NCBI GenBank assembly: GCA_049325335.1
Contig: JBMOMC010000001.1
Coordinates: forward strand, 128,001 to 192,000
Source of the DNA: Nitrospirota bacterium
GTDB taxonomy: Bacteria > Nitrospirota > Nitrospiria > 2-01-FULL-66-17
Direction: 5' to 3'
Length of the DNA: 64,000 nt
The position numbers and the translations under genes were made by a program. The notes beneath the pieces are model-generated. The model searched no databases. It saw only the letters and a list, made by a program, of their open reading frames with translations, and had not been told where the DNA came from. Of this stretch, positions 52,785 to 63,707 are shown in pieces (within the stretch, counting starts at the first letter, position 1; every line of letters begins with the position of its first letter).

Positions 52785-53642
52785 CTACGGTTTTAAGATA
52801 TCCGCAAACGGGTCGTCGATCGGAAGTCCGGCGCCGGGAAGACGTTCCGTGGGGTTCGACGCGGCGCTTTGAGCCCCGCCCTCCGCGGCCGGTTGAGCGC
52901 TGGGATCACCCACGGCTTGCGCGTCGAGCGTGTCGCCTTCATCCGGCTGCACCCGCGGCGTCTGGAGCACCACGATATCCACCCGACGGTTCTTGGCCCG
53001 ACCCTCCGGCGTATCGTTCCATGCAATGGGTCGGAACTCGCCGTAGCCCCCGATCGCGATGCGCTGCGGGTCGATGGTCCGGTGCTCCACAAAGTACCGG
53101 ACGATCGTGGTGGCACGCGCCACCGCCAGCTCCCAGTTGGAGGGGAACTGCGGCGTGCGGATCGGCACGTTGTCGGTGTGCCCTTCGACGATAATCTGAT
53201 TCGGAATCTCCGCAAGCAACGCCGCCACGCGATCCAGCAACTCGCTGTTCTGGGGAAGGATGTCGGCTCGCCCCGGCTCGAACACCAACGTGTCGGAAAT
53301 CCGAATGACCAGGCCGCGGCTGTCCTTGGCCACGGTGATGTTACTTTTGCCGGCGTCGATCAGCCGCACCGTTTCCTGAATCTTAAAATACCGCTTCATG
53401 TCCACGTCGAACATCTCGGTGCCGATCCGGGATTCCATCAGCCGGATATTGGTCGCGGACAGCGTCACGAACGGGTTAAACGCGGAGTTCATGGCATCCG
53501 CGACCGCGCGCAACTTTCCCGCGTTCACCGACGAGGTGGAATACATCACCACGAAAAACGCGAACAGTAAGGTAATGAAGTCGGCGTACGAGATCAGCCA
53601 CCGTTCGTGATTTTCCGGTTCTTCGGGTTTCTGCTTCTTCAC
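52785..53642 (-). CDS. motB: Flagellar stator MotB
   Basis: ERWLISYADFITLLFAFFVVMY; OmpA domain VEGHTDN, SNWEL, NRRVDI. Confidence 0.96.
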   Translation of the reverse strand: MKKQKPEEPENHERWLISYADFITLLFAFFVVMYSTSSVNAGKLRAVADAMNSAFNPFVTLSATNIRLMESRIGTEMFDVDMKRYFKIQETVRLIDAGKSNITVAKDSRGLVIRISDTLVFEPGRADILPQNSELLDRVAALLAEIPNQIIVEGHTDNVPIRTPQFPSNWELAVARATTIVRYFVEHRTIDPQRIAIGGYGEFRPIAWNDTPEGRAKNRRVDIVVLQTPRVQPDEGDTLDAQAVGDPSAQPAAEGGAQSAASNPTERLPGAGLPIDDPFADILKP

Positions 53643-53649
53643 GGCGGCC

Positions 53650-54420
53650 TTAAATCTTCTTCAACCCTGCCCGTTGGTGGCGATCCAAGAACCCCGCGAG
53701 TTTTTCTTGAAGCAGGCGCGGGTTTTCCCCGGAGGCGATCGAGATCAAGCCCTCGATGACCAATTCATGGCTCACCGCCTCCATGCGCGTGCGCATTTTC
53801 AACTTATTGGCCACGGGCAGAAAGATTAGGTTGGCGGACAGCACGCCGTAGATCGTGGCGACGAATGCCACCGCGATCCCGGACCCCAACATGCTCGGGT
53901 CCGCGAGGTTTTCCATCACGTGAATGAGCCCCATCACCGCGCCGATGATCCCGAACGTAGGCGCGTACCCGCCAAAGGCCTCGTACATCTTGATCGACAT
54001 GTGGCGAAATTCTTCTGCATACGAGACCTCCAATTCCAGGATCTCCCGGATGGCTTTGGGCTCAGTGCCGTCCAGCAACAACTGCAAGCCCTTTTTCAGA
54101 AAGTGATCTTCGGCGTCCTTCATTTTGGCTTCCAACGCCAGGATGCCTTGCTTGCGGACCAGGTTCGCATAGTCCACCAAAGTTTCGATCAACTTGGGGC
54201 CGTTGTTGGGCGGGGCCTTGAGCACGTCGAGGCCCATCAGCAGGCCTTCAATGAACTTGGGTAATGGAAACTGCACCATCACCGCGCCGAACGTCCCCCC
54301 CAACACGATCAACGCGGCCGTGAGCTGCATGATCGAGCCCACGTGCCCGCCCTCCAGGGCTTGGCCGCCCAACAGCGCGGCCAGCCCGACCACCACGCCG
54401 ATGATGGTGAGAATATCCAT
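53650..54420 (-). CDS. motA: Flagellar stator MotA
   Basis: AALIVLGGT, RKQGILALE, GGYAPTFGIIGAVMGLI, IAVAFVATIYG. Confidence 0.96.
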   Translation of the reverse strand: MDILTIIGVVVGLAALLGGQALEGGHVGSIMQLTAALIVLGGTFGAVMVQFPLPKFIEGLLMGLDVLKAPPNNGPKLIETLVDYANLVRKQGILALEAKMKDAEDHFLKKGLQLLLDGTEPKAIREILELEVSYAEEFRHMSIKMYEAFGGYAPTFGIIGAVMGLIHVMENLADPSMLGSGIAVAFVATIYGVLSANLIFLPVANKLKMRTRMEAVSHELVIEGLISIASGENPRLLQEKLAGFLDRHQRAGLKKI

Positions 54421-54423
54421 CCC

Positions 54424-54768
54424 TCAGCGGGCCGACGACCAGATGCGCAAAACTTTGTGGTCCGCCAACTCAGGCAAGACACGCGCGCGCAAGACCTGAC
54501 AATACGCGGGTTCGCGGAAACAATCCGTCTTGTTGGTGGACATTAGGTCGAGCAGCGCGGTGACTTCGGACCCGCCGGGTTTCTCCCCCTCCAGATCGTC
54601 GTACGCTTGAAACGACTGCAGATTCAGATCGCGCAGCCGACACATAAGGCGGTTGACCAACAGATCCTTCTGGTGCGAGGGCAGGAGAATTTCGCTTTCG
54701 CGGTAGACCAAGGCGCTGAACTGCTGGACCCCGTGAGCGGTAATCGCGAGGTCGATGGCGGTCTCCAT
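54424..54768 (-). pseudogene. cheR: Truncated, degenerate cheR fragment
   Basis: LVYRESEI, NRLMCRLR, MSTNKTDCFREP, ends RIWSSAR-stop exactly where RIWSAACSTGEE is expected. Confidence 0.8.
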
Positions 54769-54791
54769 GAGGGCGGCCCGTTGCTCATCAG

Positions 54792-55256
54792 TTACGACGC
54801 GGGGAACCACACAAACAGCATGACATACACCAGATAAGCGGTGACCATAGTTCCACTGAACGTCCCCACCAACAGCAGGCCGATCAGCCGGTGACGCGCC
54901 GCCCCGGCCGCCATGGCGCCGACGCTGCCGCGTTGCAGCCGACGCAGCCCGGTATACAAGTTGTACGAGCCCAACCCGATCGTGCTCACGGCCAACACGG
55001 TATGAGTCAGCAACAACGGCACGTACCATCGCCAATACTGTTCGGGGGTTCCGCCGAACGCATCGCGGCCGAACACCACTTGTTTGGACACGTACGCCAC
55101 TAACCACAGGCCCACCACCGAACACGAGGCGACCATAAGCCGCGAGTGACGGGACACGTCGTGGCGGCGCGCGGACCTCACGCCGGCCATGGCAATGACG
55201 TACGCGCCGGTGACGCTGAGCAATACGCCGTACCACAACAGGCTTTTTACGTCCAT
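54792..55256 (-). CDS. DUF420 family membrane protein
   Basis: RHSRLM, FGG, LLLTHTVLA, RHRLIG, AYLVYVMLF; GAGGAGG SD. Confidence 0.8.
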   Translation of the reverse strand: MDVKSLLWYGVLLSVTGAYVIAMAGVRSARRHDVSRHSRLMVASCSVVGLWLVAYVSKQVVFGRDAFGGTPEQYWRWYVPLLLTHTVLAVSTIGLGSYNLYTGLRRLQRGSVGAMAAGAARHRLIGLLLVGTFSGTMVTAYLVYVMLFVWFPAS

Positions 55257-55611
55257 GACGCCTCCTCAACCGACGCGTCGCGAACGCGCGCCGCCCCGAC
55301 CATCACGACAACCAAAACGCCTTTCTTAAAACTCGTCAAATCCATCCGGGCTGAGCACGTCGTCATGCACTACGGATTCCTCCCAAGGTCTCCCATACGC
55401 GTACGCCTCTAAGAAGACGCACCAACCCTTTTTCGGCGAGTATGACGAAAAACTTGACCGCACCCGCGCCCGAGGCTCAGAACACTTCCGTCGCTCCCAC
55501 CGCCATCTAGTGCTGGCGCACCGCGCGATGTTGCGCGTCGGCCTCGACCCGTCGCGCCGCGTCAAGTTGCGCGCGCAGCGAGGACGCATTGCCGGACGTG
55601 TCGCGCGCGAC

Positions 55612-55839
55612 CTAAAGGACCGCCGTCGCGACCTGGAACACCATGTCCTCGAATCGTAATCCCGTGACTGCCTGGGCCACCCGGTCCCTGACCTCGCGCG
55701 CCGTCTGTTCCACCTCGTTTAAACGTCGTACACGCGCGCGTTCAGGGTGCCCATTTCCGCCATCATGGTGTCCACGCGTCGTTTGGCGTTGAACGCCGTG
55801 GCCATATCTTTGGAGGCGATCCGCCACCCCCGGAGACAA
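55612..55839 (-). pseudogene. Possible remnant of a chemoreceptor C-terminus
   Basis: VRDRVAQAVTGLRFEDMVFQV resembles the AVxxLQFEDxxxQ motif; no intact upstream part. Confidence 0.45.
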
Positions 55840-55987
55840 TGAACTTGCTCGCTTTTATCGGCAATTCAAAGCAGGCTGCTTCTCTGTGGTTCTTCAGAAA
55901 GGTAGCCTGAGCTACCCCTCTTTTCCTTCCCATTCCGAGCGGCGTCGGCACAGCCGCTTGTCCCCGCTTCTTCCCGGTCCGCCATGG

Positions 55988-56662
55988 CTAGAATCCGAAC
56001 TCCTTGAGCATGTCGTCCACCACGTCCTGTTTGACAGTGGTTCTCGACGTGGCTTCCAGTTTGGCCAACAGCGCTTCCTGCCGACACGAGTCCGCGTCGC
56101 TCCCGCACTCTTTCATCCCGAAGATGATCAGCAGCTTGAGAATCCGAGACTGCACGCCCTGGAGACCCGACGCGATCTTCTTGAGGCGCTGGCCTGTTAA
56201 ATCCTGAAACTCCAGACTCGTGAACAGATCCATCAGGACTTTGCGGTTTTCCTGAACGAGGGATTCGAGCTTGACCGCGACGCGCTCGAGCGCGGCGCGG
56301 TCCTGGGGCAAACCGAACGCGGCGCGCAACGACGCCAATTCCTCGGCCATCACGTCGTGATTACCCATCACCTGTTCGGTGTATCCCAGGATGCGGTGCG
56401 TGGCCTCTTCGGTAAATTTAGTCAAATCCGTCAACTGGTCAGCGGCCTTCGGCAGTTCACTCGCCGTGAGGTGCATCGGGCACTCGATGGACTGCAATGC
56501 CTTCATCATCTTGTTCAGGTGCTGGGCCAATCCCCCAAGTTCACCGTAAATCCGGCCGTTGACCTTAGTGACGAATTCGTTTTCCGAGGTCATGGACGAG
56601 GCTTCGCGGACGAGTCGGAGTAGATCGTCGTCTTCAGGCTGCACTTCCGCCGGCAATCCCAT
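55988..56662 (-). CDS. cheZ: CheY-P phosphatase CheZ
   Basis: TEEATHRIL, LEFQDLTGQRLKK (DxxxQ), C-terminal QDVVDDMLKEFGF. Confidence 0.9.
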   Translation of the reverse strand: MGLPAEVQPEDDDLLRLVREASSMTSENEFVTKVNGRIYGELGGLAQHLNKMMKALQSIECPMHLTASELPKAADQLTDLTKFTEEATHRILGYTEQVMGNHDVMAEELASLRAAFGLPQDRAALERVAVKLESLVQENRKVLMDLFTSLEFQDLTGQRLKKIASGLQGVQSRILKLLIIFGMKECGSDADSCRQEALLAKLEATSRTTVKQDVVDDMLKEFGF

Positions 56663-56679
56663 TGCGTGCTCCTTCTCGG

Positions 56680-57069
56680 TTAGGCCGCTTTTTTGTCGAA
56701 AATCTTGTCCACCTTTTCCTTCAACGTCTCGGCGGTGAACGGTTTGACGATGTAGTTGCTGACCCCGGCCTGGAGCGCTTCCATGATGTTTTCCTTTTGC
56801 GCCTCGGCCGTCACCATCAACACCGGGATGGCTTTAAGCGCCGCGTCCTTCCGAATTTCCTTGAGCAGGTCCAGCCCCGTCATATTGGGCATGTTCCAGT
56901 CGCTCACCACGAAGTCGAACCCGCCTTGGCGCAGCTTGGCGAGCGCGCCGTTGCCGTCTTCGGCCTCCTCAAAGTTCTGAAACCCGATTTGTTTCAGGCT
57001 GTTTTTGACGATCCGCCGCATGGTGGACATATCGTCGACAATCAAGATTTTCATTTGCAGATCAGCCAT
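56680..57069 (-). CDS. cheY: Chemotaxis response regulator CheY
   Basis: [39 protein letters not shown]. Confidence 0.96.
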   Translation of the reverse strand: MADLQMKILIVDDMSTMRRIVKNSLKQIGFQNFEEAEDGNGALAKLRQGGFDFVVSDWNMPNMTGLDLLKEIRKDAALKAIPVLMVTAEAQKENIMEALQAGVSNYIVKPFTAETLKEKVDKIFDKKAA

Positions 57070-57118
57070 CGTTGCGCCTCCCTCTTCGTGACGTCCCGTA
57101 CCGGTTCACCGCGCGCGC

Positions 57119-57949
57119 TCACGTCGGCGCGTCGCGGCGCTTGTAGATCACCCCTTGATCCAACTTCACCCGCACCCACTGATCCGTGATGCCGATCGGC
57201 GTCTCCGTGCCGCCCAAGAACAACACACCGCTCGGAGACACCGCGCGCGCCATGCGATCGAGAATGTTCTTCTTGGTCGCGGTGTCGAAATAGATCAAAA
57301 TATTGCGAAAGAAGATCACGTCGAACACCCCGAGGCTTGAAAAGTCCCCCAAAATATTCAACTGCCGGAACTGCATGCATTTTCTGAGTTCGGGTTTGGC
57401 GGCCCAATCCGTGCCCTGCTGCGTAAAATAGCGAACCAGGTGCGCCACGCCCAACCCGCGCTGGACCTCGTGTTGCGTGTACACGCCCGCGCGCGCGCGA
57501 TCGAGGACTTTCTCCGCGATGTCCGTGCCCACAATCTTGACGTCCCAGCCCGCGAGGTCGGCGACGTCCGACACGGTCAGCGCGATCGAGTAGGCTTCCT
57601 GGCCCGTGGAACACGCGCCGCTCCAGATCCGGATGCGTTTGGTTTTGGCGTTGGTTTTGGCCAGGCCCGGCAACACGGTGTTCTTCAACACCGCAAACGG
57701 CGTGAGATCCCGGAAAAACGACGTTTCGTTGGTGGTCATCGCCTCGATGACCTTCTTGCGCAACGCCGCGGCGTCGTTGAGTTGCAGCCGCCGGACCAAC
57801 TCGTCGATCGAGCCGCACCCCTCGGCCTTGGCGATCGGCTCCAACCGGGTCTCCACCAGATACGTCTTGGATTCGTCCAAGATCAGACCGCTCTCCTTTT
57901 TGAGGAACGCGAAGAGGAACTTGAGGGTGTCGGTGGGGACCATTCCCAT
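57119..57949 (-). CDS. cheR: Chemotaxis methyltransferase CheR
   Basis: TTNETSFFRD, RIWSGACSTGQEAYSIA, GTDI, FDVIFFRNILIYFD. Confidence 0.95.
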   Translation of the reverse strand: MGMVPTDTLKFLFAFLKKESGLILDESKTYLVETRLEPIAKAEGCGSIDELVRRLQLNDAAALRKKVIEAMTTNETSFFRDLTPFAVLKNTVLPGLAKTNAKTKRIRIWSGACSTGQEAYSIALTVSDVADLAGWDVKIVGTDIAEKVLDRARAGVYTQHEVQRGLGVAHLVRYFTQQGTDWAAKPELRKCMQFRQLNILGDFSSLGVFDVIFFRNILIYFDTATKKNILDRMARAVSPSGVLFLGGTETPIGITDQWVRVKLDQGVIYKRRDAPT

Positions 57950-57983
57950 CACTCGCGGCCGCGTGTCGGCACATCCCCACCGC

Positions 57984-59066
57984 TCATCGGACCGCGCCGG
58001 CCGGGTGAGAGGACACCGCCGCGTCGATCGCCGCGGCCAATTCATCGACCGAGAGCACGGCGTCCACCAGCCCTTCGCGGACCGGGAACGACGGCATGCC
58101 CCACACCACGCTGGTGGCTTGGTCTTGGGCGTACACCCCGGCGCCCTTGGCCCGCATGGCCCGAAGTCCGATGAGCCCGTCTTGTCCCATGCCGGTCATA
58201 ATCACGCCCAACGCGTGCGCGCCATACACCTCCGCGACCGACCGAAACAACGGGTCCGCGGCGGGACGGCACGAATTTTCCGGCGCGGCCTGGTTGAGCG
58301 AAATCGCGACGCGCCCGTCGCGTCGCCCCACCACCATGTGATGATCGCCGGGCGCAAGATACGCCGTCCCGGGCTGCGGCGTCATCCCGGCCTCGGCTTC
58401 CACCACCTTGATCTTCGAACTCAGCGCGAGCCGCTCGGCCAGCAACTTGGTGAACACGGGGGGCATGTGCTGCACGATCAGAATCGGCGTCGGGAACGTC
58501 TCCGGCAACCGCGGGAGCACTTTCGCCAGCGCTTCGGGCCCGCCGGTTGACACGCCGATCGCCACCACCTGCGGGGTCCCGGCCTCGCGGGCAGACGGAC
58601 ATCTGGGCGCGCCGGCCGGCGCCGCAAATGGCGGCGGAGCGGCCGGCCAGAGGTCGGGACGAAATTGTTTGATCTTGGGAATGAGCTCTTTGGCGACCTG
58701 TTTGAGCGTATCGCCGTATCCCAATCCCGTGCTGGCGGGTTTGAGCGCGTAATCGCTCGCGCCCAACGCGAGGGCTTCGACGGTCTGCGACGCGCCGCGC
58801 TGCGTGAGCGTGCTGAACATGATGGTCCGCGCGGTCGCGTGTTGGGCGCGCAAACCGCGCAGCACGTCGAAGCCGTTCGCCTCCGGCATCTCGATGTCCA
58901 GAATCACCACGTCGGGTTTGAGGTGCGCTGCCCGCTCCAGTCCGATCTTGCCGTTCGCTGCGGTCCCCACCACGGTAATGTCGGGTTCGGACGCCAGCGC
59001 GTCGGACACGGCCCGACGTACCACCGCCGAATCATCCACCACCAAGACCCGAATGGGATCAGCCAC
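57984..59066 (-). CDS. cheB: Chemotaxis methylesterase CheB
   Basis: Receiver domain plus GVSTGGP, VQHMP, RPAADPLF, MTGMGQDG. Confidence 0.97.
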   Translation of the reverse strand: MADPIRVLVVDDSAVVRRAVSDALASEPDITVVGTAANGKIGLERAAHLKPDVVILDIEMPEANGFDVLRGLRAQHATARTIMFSTLTQRGASQTVEALALGASDYALKPASTGLGYGDTLKQVAKELIPKIKQFRPDLWPAAPPPFAAPAGAPRCPSAREAGTPQVVAIGVSTGGPEALAKVLPRLPETFPTPILIVQHMPPVFTKLLAERLALSSKIKVVEAEAGMTPQPGTAYLAPGDHHMVVGRRDGRVAISLNQAAPENSCRPAADPLFRSVAEVYGAHALGVIMTGMGQDGLIGLRAMRAKGAGVYAQDQATSVVWGMPSFPVREGLVDAVLSVDELAAAIDAAVSSHPAGAVR

Positions 59067-59445
59067 GAGGGTGTCCCAAGAGCCCCAACAGGGCCAATTT
59101 TTCTTGGAGGATCTCCTTGGTAAACGGCTTCATGATGTACTCGTTGGCGCCCTTGGTCATGGCGTGGACGATCTTTTCCATCTGATTATTCGTAGTCACC
59201 ATCACCACGGTGGGACGTTTGGGGAATTTATCGCGCATGGTGCGCAACGCCTCCAACAACTCGATGCCGGTCATTTCTGGCATATCCCAATCCAGCATGA
59301 CGAGCTCGATATCCTGATTGGCCAGGAGCTTGTCCAAGGCGTCTTTCCCGTGGATCGCCTCCATGGTCTGAAACCCCAGGTCCTTTAACATTTGACCGAG
59401 CAGCTTCCGGATCGGACCGGAGTCGTCGACGATCAATACTTTCAC
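59059..59445 (-). CDS. Second CheY-like response regulator
   Basis: VLIVDDS, LDWDMPEMTG, MVT, YIMKPFT. Confidence 0.9.
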   Translation of the reverse strand: MKVLIVDDSGPIRKLLGQMLKDLGFQTMEAIHGKDALDKLLANQDIELVMLDWDMPEMTGIELLEALRTMRDKFPKRPTVVMVTTNNQMEKIVHAMTKGANEYIMKPFTKEILQEKLALLGLLGHPRG

Positions 59446-59529
59446 GTGAGACCTCCTACGGACAGCCCTGTTGTACGCACCGGCGCCCGCGCCGTTCGCG
59501 AACCCTCGGCATGCCTCGCGTGCTCGCGG

Positions 59530-60999
59530 TTACGCGGCGCGCCGTCGGACACCGTGCTGTTCTCCCCGCGGATCGGCCGCAGCATGACCGCGGAACTCTC
59601 CGATCAGCCCATCCAACTCCCCGGCCATCTTGGCGAGGCCTTGGCTGGCGGCCAGGACGTTCGCCGCGCCCTCGGTGGTGCCGCGCGAGGCGGTCGCTAC
59701 GCCCGCGATGTTCTCCACCACCTCGCCCGTGCCCCGCGCCGCCTCCGCCACGCTCCGGCTGATCTCCGTGGTCGTCGCCGCCTGCTCTTCCACCGCCCCC
59801 GCGATCGTGGTCGCAATTTCGTTGATCCGCCCGATGATGCCCCCGATCTCCCCGATCGCCGTCACCGCGCCCTGCGTGTCCGCTTGGATCGCGTCGATCT
59901 TGCGTTCGATCTCCTCGGTGGCCTTGGCGGTTTCCTTGGCCAACTCTTTGACCTCATTGGCCACCACCGCGAACCCCTTGCCCGCCTCGCCCGCCCGCGC
60001 CGCCTCGATCGTGGCGTTGAGCGCCAACAGGTTGGTCTGCTGCGCGATCGACGTGATCACTTTGATCACTTTCCCGATCTCCGCGCTCGATTCGCCCAAT
60101 TTCCCGATCGTGCGGTTGGTGCTTTCGCTGACCTGCACGGCTTGCGCGGTGACGCGGGTCGCGTCCTGCACGTTTTTGGAGATCTCTTTGATCGTCGCGG
60201 TCATCTCTTCCGCCGCGGTCGCCACGCTCTGTACGTTCTGGTTGGTCTGCTCGCTCGCCGTGGAGACCGTGCTCGCCTTCGCCGTCGCGTCCTCCGAACT
60301 AAGGCGCAACTGCTGGCTGGAGGCCGAGAGTTCTTCCGACGCGGCCGCGAGATGCCCGGCCACCTCGGTGATCCGTGTGAGCAGGCGTTTGAAATCGGCC
60401 TGCTCCTCCTGCAGTTTGTGTTGCTCAGCGAGTTGCTGTGAGACGACGTTCGCGATGTAGGTGTCGATCGCCAACTCCATGTCGAAGAAAACGACCTTCA
60501 TCACCGACTGAAGCGCCTGGAGGAGTTCCCCCTCTCCGCGAGCGCTCCTGCGCCACCCGCTCGCGCCGAATTCCTCGAACAACGCTTGCGTGACCAACCG
60601 CAGATAGAGGTTGTACGCGCCGAGGTACCACTGGGGCGTGATGTTTTCCCGAACGTGGGTCAGGCCGATCTTGACCCGATCCTCCACGTAGTCGCGATCG
60701 TATCGTCCGTCAAAGAGTTGCGAGAAATACGCTTTCTGGACGCCTTTGAGCCGACGCACCGTCGCCTCATTCGGCAGATGCGCCGCCGTATCCTGAAATC
60801 GCAGAAAGTGCTCGTACATCGTGTCGATGATGTGATCGACCTTGGAGGCCAACTTCGGGCCGATGCGCTGCAGGCGCTCCGCGTCGGCCGAACCGAATTC
60901 CAGAAAGTCCTTGCGGGTCTGCACCCCCCGCTGGTCGTGGAGATCGGACAACCCGCCCGTCCCGGCCGTCTCGGCCCCATCATCGTGTGTGGCTCTCAT
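59530..60999 (-). CDS. Soluble globin-coupled chemoreceptor (HemAT-like)
   Basis: Sensor globin ([37 protein letters not shown]) plus MCP hairpin [27 protein letters not shown]. Confidence 0.92.
   Translation of the reverse strand: MRATHDDGAETAGTGGLSDLHDQRGVQTRKDFLEFGSADAERLQRIGPKLASKVDHIIDTMYEHFLRFQDTAAHLPNEATVRRLKGVQKAYFSQLFDGRYDRDYVEDRVKIGLTHVRENITPQWYLGAYNLYLRLVTQALFEEFGASGWRRSARGEGELLQALQSVMKVVFFDMELAIDTYIANVVSQQLAEQHKLQEEQADFKRLLTRITEVAGHLAAASEELSASSQQLRLSSEDATAKASTVSTASEQTNQNVQSVATAAEEMTATIKEISKNVQDATRVTAQAVQVSESTNRTIGKLGESSAEIGKVIKVITSIAQQTNLLALNATIEAARAGEAGKGFAVVANEVKELAKETAKATEEIERKIDAIQADTQGAVTAIGEIGGIIGRINEIATTIAGAVEEQAATTTEISRSVAEAARGTGEVVENIAGVATASRGTTEGAANVLAASQGLAKMAGELDGLIGEFRGHAAADPRGEQHGVRRRAA
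59642..60350. repeat. 709-bp direct repeat, copy 1 (MCP signalling domain)
   Basis: No difference from 61226-61934 seen by eye; antisense ORF translations over both copies are identical. Confidence 0.9.
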
Positions 61000-61149
61000 G
61001 TCGCCTCCCTGGCTCCTGGTCTTCCAATGGACATTCCCTCCTCCGTGAGCCGCGGCCCGCTCGTTCAGGCCGCCATTCACCGTCGGGCATGCCCGCCATG
61101 GTCTCGGTCGCCTCGCGGGCGCCCCGCGAGGGTCACAACCTCATGCCGC

Positions 61150-63126
61150 CTACGCGGCCTTGCGTTGCAAATCGTTGATGTCCGCCACCATGGTGCGGAG
61201 CGCGCCGGCCATTTGGGCGAGGCTCTGGCTGGCGGCCAGGACGTTCGCCGCGCCCTCGGTGGTGCCGCGCGAGGCGGTCGCTACGCCCGCGATGTTCTCC
61301 ACCACCTCGCCCGTGCCCCGCGCCGCCTCCGCCACGCTCCGGCTGATCTCCGTGGTCGTCGCCGCCTGCTCTTCCACCGCCCCCGCGATCGTGGTCGCAA
61401 TTTCGTTGATCCGCCCGATGATGCCCCCGATCTCCCCGATCGCCGTCACCGCGCCCTGCGTGTCCGCTTGGATCGCGTCGATCTTGCGTTCGATCTCCTC
61501 GGTGGCCTTGGCGGTTTCCTTGGCCAACTCTTTGACCTCATTGGCCACCACCGCGAACCCCTTGCCCGCCTCGCCCGCCCGCGCCGCCTCGATCGTGGCG
61601 TTGAGCGCCAACAGGTTGGTCTGCTGCGCGATCGACGTGATCACTTTGATCACTTTCCCGATCTCCGCGCTCGATTCGCCCAATTTCCCGATCGTGCGGT
61701 TGGTGCTTTCGCTGACCTGCACGGCTTGCGCGGTGACGCGGGTCGCGTCCTGCACGTTTTTGGAGATCTCTTTGATCGTCGCGGTCATCTCTTCCGCCGC
61801 GGTCGCCACGCTCTGTACGTTCTGGTTGGTCTGCTCGCTCGCCGTGGAGACCGTGCTCGCCTTCGCCGTCGCGTCCTCCGAACTAAGGCGCAACTGCTGG
61901 CTGGAGGCCGAGAGTTCTTCCGACGCGGCCGCGACCGACTCGGCCATTTGCGACATACTCTCCTTGAGACGCGCCTCGGCCGTGGCCACGGTCCACGACG
62001 CCATGGTGCCGATACGCTGGTGTTTGTCGTCCATGATCGCGTTGACGGTGATCTCGAGCACCTCGCCGCCCACCCGAATCGTGGCGCTGTGCGGGAGGTT
62101 CTTGGGATCGGCCAGGATCCGGCGCGCCCGCGCCGGATCCTGGTGAAACACGTCGATGTTCTGGCCCAAGAGTTTCTCCGGCGGCACCGGCAGCGAACTC
62201 GCCAACGCCCGGAACGTTTTCGCGGCCGCGGGGTTCATGTACGTGAGTTTCATTTCCCGGTCGGCCAGCATCAGATTGATCGGCGCGTTTTCCACCAAGG
62301 CCGTGAGTTGCGCCATCCGCGTGCGTTGCGCGTCGGCTTGCCGCAACCCGCCCACCATCGACGCGAAGCTGCGCGCCAAGACCCCGGCTTCGTCCGTGCT
62401 TTCGGCCGTAATGTCCACCGACAAGTCGCCGGTCGCGATTTGTTTCGCCGCCTCGGCCATCCGGTGCAACGGCCTGGCAATGGCGTTCCCCAGAAATACC
62501 GCCAAACTGACACCGATGACGATTGCCCCGATAGTTATCGCCATGAATACTGTCACAACACGTGCGTAGTCGCGTCGGGATTGTACGACGAGGTTGGCGG
62601 CCTGCTTCTCCTGCAACGCCATCAGTTCACCCAGGAGGTTATCCATGGCCGCAGCCCGTTGCTCATTCTTCGCGAACGCTTCACCCTCCGAGCGCGACGC
62701 CGCCTTACCCGAGGTCAAGCCTGGGAGTATCTTTGTCCCGCGGTCGGCGTGGAATTCGCGCCACAGCGCTTGCCACTCGACGACCTTCTTGCCGATGTCG
62801 GTTCCGGCGCCGTTCCCGGCCTTCAATTCTTCAAACGCGGCGTCAACCTTGTCGCTCGATTCCTTAATGGCTTGTACCATCTGCTGCTGGACTTCACGAT
62901 CCGACCCGACCATCGTCGACATGAGTTGCGCTTGGGCGTGGAGTTCGGTCTGAATTGCAAGACCGGTGGTCAAGGTCAAGAGGCTATTATGCAACTCCCC
63001 TTGTGAACGGTTCAGTCGGAGAATCTGGCCATAGGCCACCGCCACGACCACCAAAATCACGGCGATCAATAGGCCGAACCCCACGAACAACTTGCTCTTG
63101 GTCTGTAAGTTACGAAACCATCGCAT
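61150..63126 (-). CDS. Transmembrane chemoreceptor (periplasmic helical sensor, HAMP, PAS, MCP signalling domain)
   Basis: Two TMs; HAMP IARPL...GDLS...DEAGVL; PAS with YMNPAA and [12 protein letters not shown] hairpin. Confidence 0.94.
   Translation of the reverse strand: MRWFRNLQTKSKLFVGFGLLIAVILVVVAVAYGQILRLNRSQGELHNSLLTLTTGLAIQTELHAQAQLMSTMVGSDREVQQQMVQAIKESSDKVDAAFEELKAGNGAGTDIGKKVVEWQALWREFHADRGTKILPGLTSGKAASRSEGEAFAKNEQRAAAMDNLLGELMALQEKQAANLVVQSRRDYARVVTVFMAITIGAIVIGVSLAVFLGNAIARPLHRMAEAAKQIATGDLSVDITAESTDEAGVLARSFASMVGGLRQADAQRTRMAQLTALVENAPINLMLADREMKLTYMNPAAAKTFRALASSLPVPPEKLLGQNIDVFHQDPARARRILADPKNLPHSATIRVGGEVLEITVNAIMDDKHQRIGTMASWTVATAEARLKESMSQMAESVAAASEELSASSQQLRLSSEDATAKASTVSTASEQTNQNVQSVATAAEEMTATIKEISKNVQDATRVTAQAVQVSESTNRTIGKLGESSAEIGKVIKVITSIAQQTNLLALNATIEAARAGEAGKGFAVVANEVKELAKETAKATEEIERKIDAIQADTQGAVTAIGEIGGIIGRINEIATTIAGAVEEQAATTTEISRSVAEAARGTGEVVENIAGVATASRGTTEGAANVLAASQSLAQMAGALRTMVADINDLQRKAA
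61226..61934. repeat. 709-bp direct repeat, copy 2
   Basis: Offset 1584 bp from copy 1, with matching boundaries. Confidence 0.9.
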
Positions 63127-63170
63127 CGCGTCCTCCTGGCGTCATCCCGCCCTGTCAAGCCATCAGGTTC

Positions 63171-63671
63171 TCACGCGCCGACCGCGATCCGCGTGGCCGC
63201 GTCGGTATTGAGCGCGAGCAACAAACAATCCTTGAGTTTGTACACGCCGTCGATCACCTCCCGCAGCCGCTCATCCACGGTTTCCGGCGGCGGGGTAAAC
63301 AGATCCGGAGGTACTTCGATGACGTCTCCGATTTTGTCCACCAGCAAACTGACTCGGCCGCCCGCGGTCTGGACCACCAGGTTCATGGACGCGCTCCCGT
63401 CCGGCAACGCAGGAAATCCCAACCGCGTCCGCAGATCGAGGGCCATGACGATCTGTCCGCGCAAATTGATGAGCCCGGACACCACGGGCGAGGACAACGG
63501 CACGCGGGTCATCTCCTGGGCGGTGAGCACTTCCTGGACCTCCAACACCGGAACCCCCAGCACATGGCGGTCCAACACAAACGTCGCGTACTGCAGGGTG
63601 CGACCGCGCCGGCGATCCGGGCCGCGCGCCTTGTCGTTCGAGGGAATCATCGGTGACGCCTGCGCCTCCAT
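63171..63671 (-). CDS. cheW: Chemotaxis coupling protein CheW
   Basis: VQEVL, TRVP, GLINLRGQIV, LLVDKIGDV. Confidence 0.95.
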   Translation of the reverse strand: MEAQASPMIPSNDKARGPDRRRGRTLQYATFVLDRHVLGVPVLEVQEVLTAQEMTRVPLSSPVVSGLINLRGQIVMALDLRTRLGFPALPDGSASMNLVVQTAGGRVSLLVDKIGDVIEVPPDLFTPPPETVDERLREVIDGVYKLKDCLLLALNTDAATRIAVGA

Positions 63672-63707
63672 GCGTGCTCTCCTACTCCCCGTTGCGCAGC
63701 GGGTTCA

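Noticed and set aside
54769..55269. Upstream part of the 281-aa ORF ending at 54424
   Set aside because: Out-of-frame overlap with DUF420; only the last 114 aa resemble CheR.
60586..63006. 806-aa plus-strand ORF, and similar long ones such as 28411-29787, 37924-39279, 40883-42145 and 49657-51117
   Set aside because: Antisense shadows of well-supported minus-strand genes in high-GC DNA, with no recognisable motifs.
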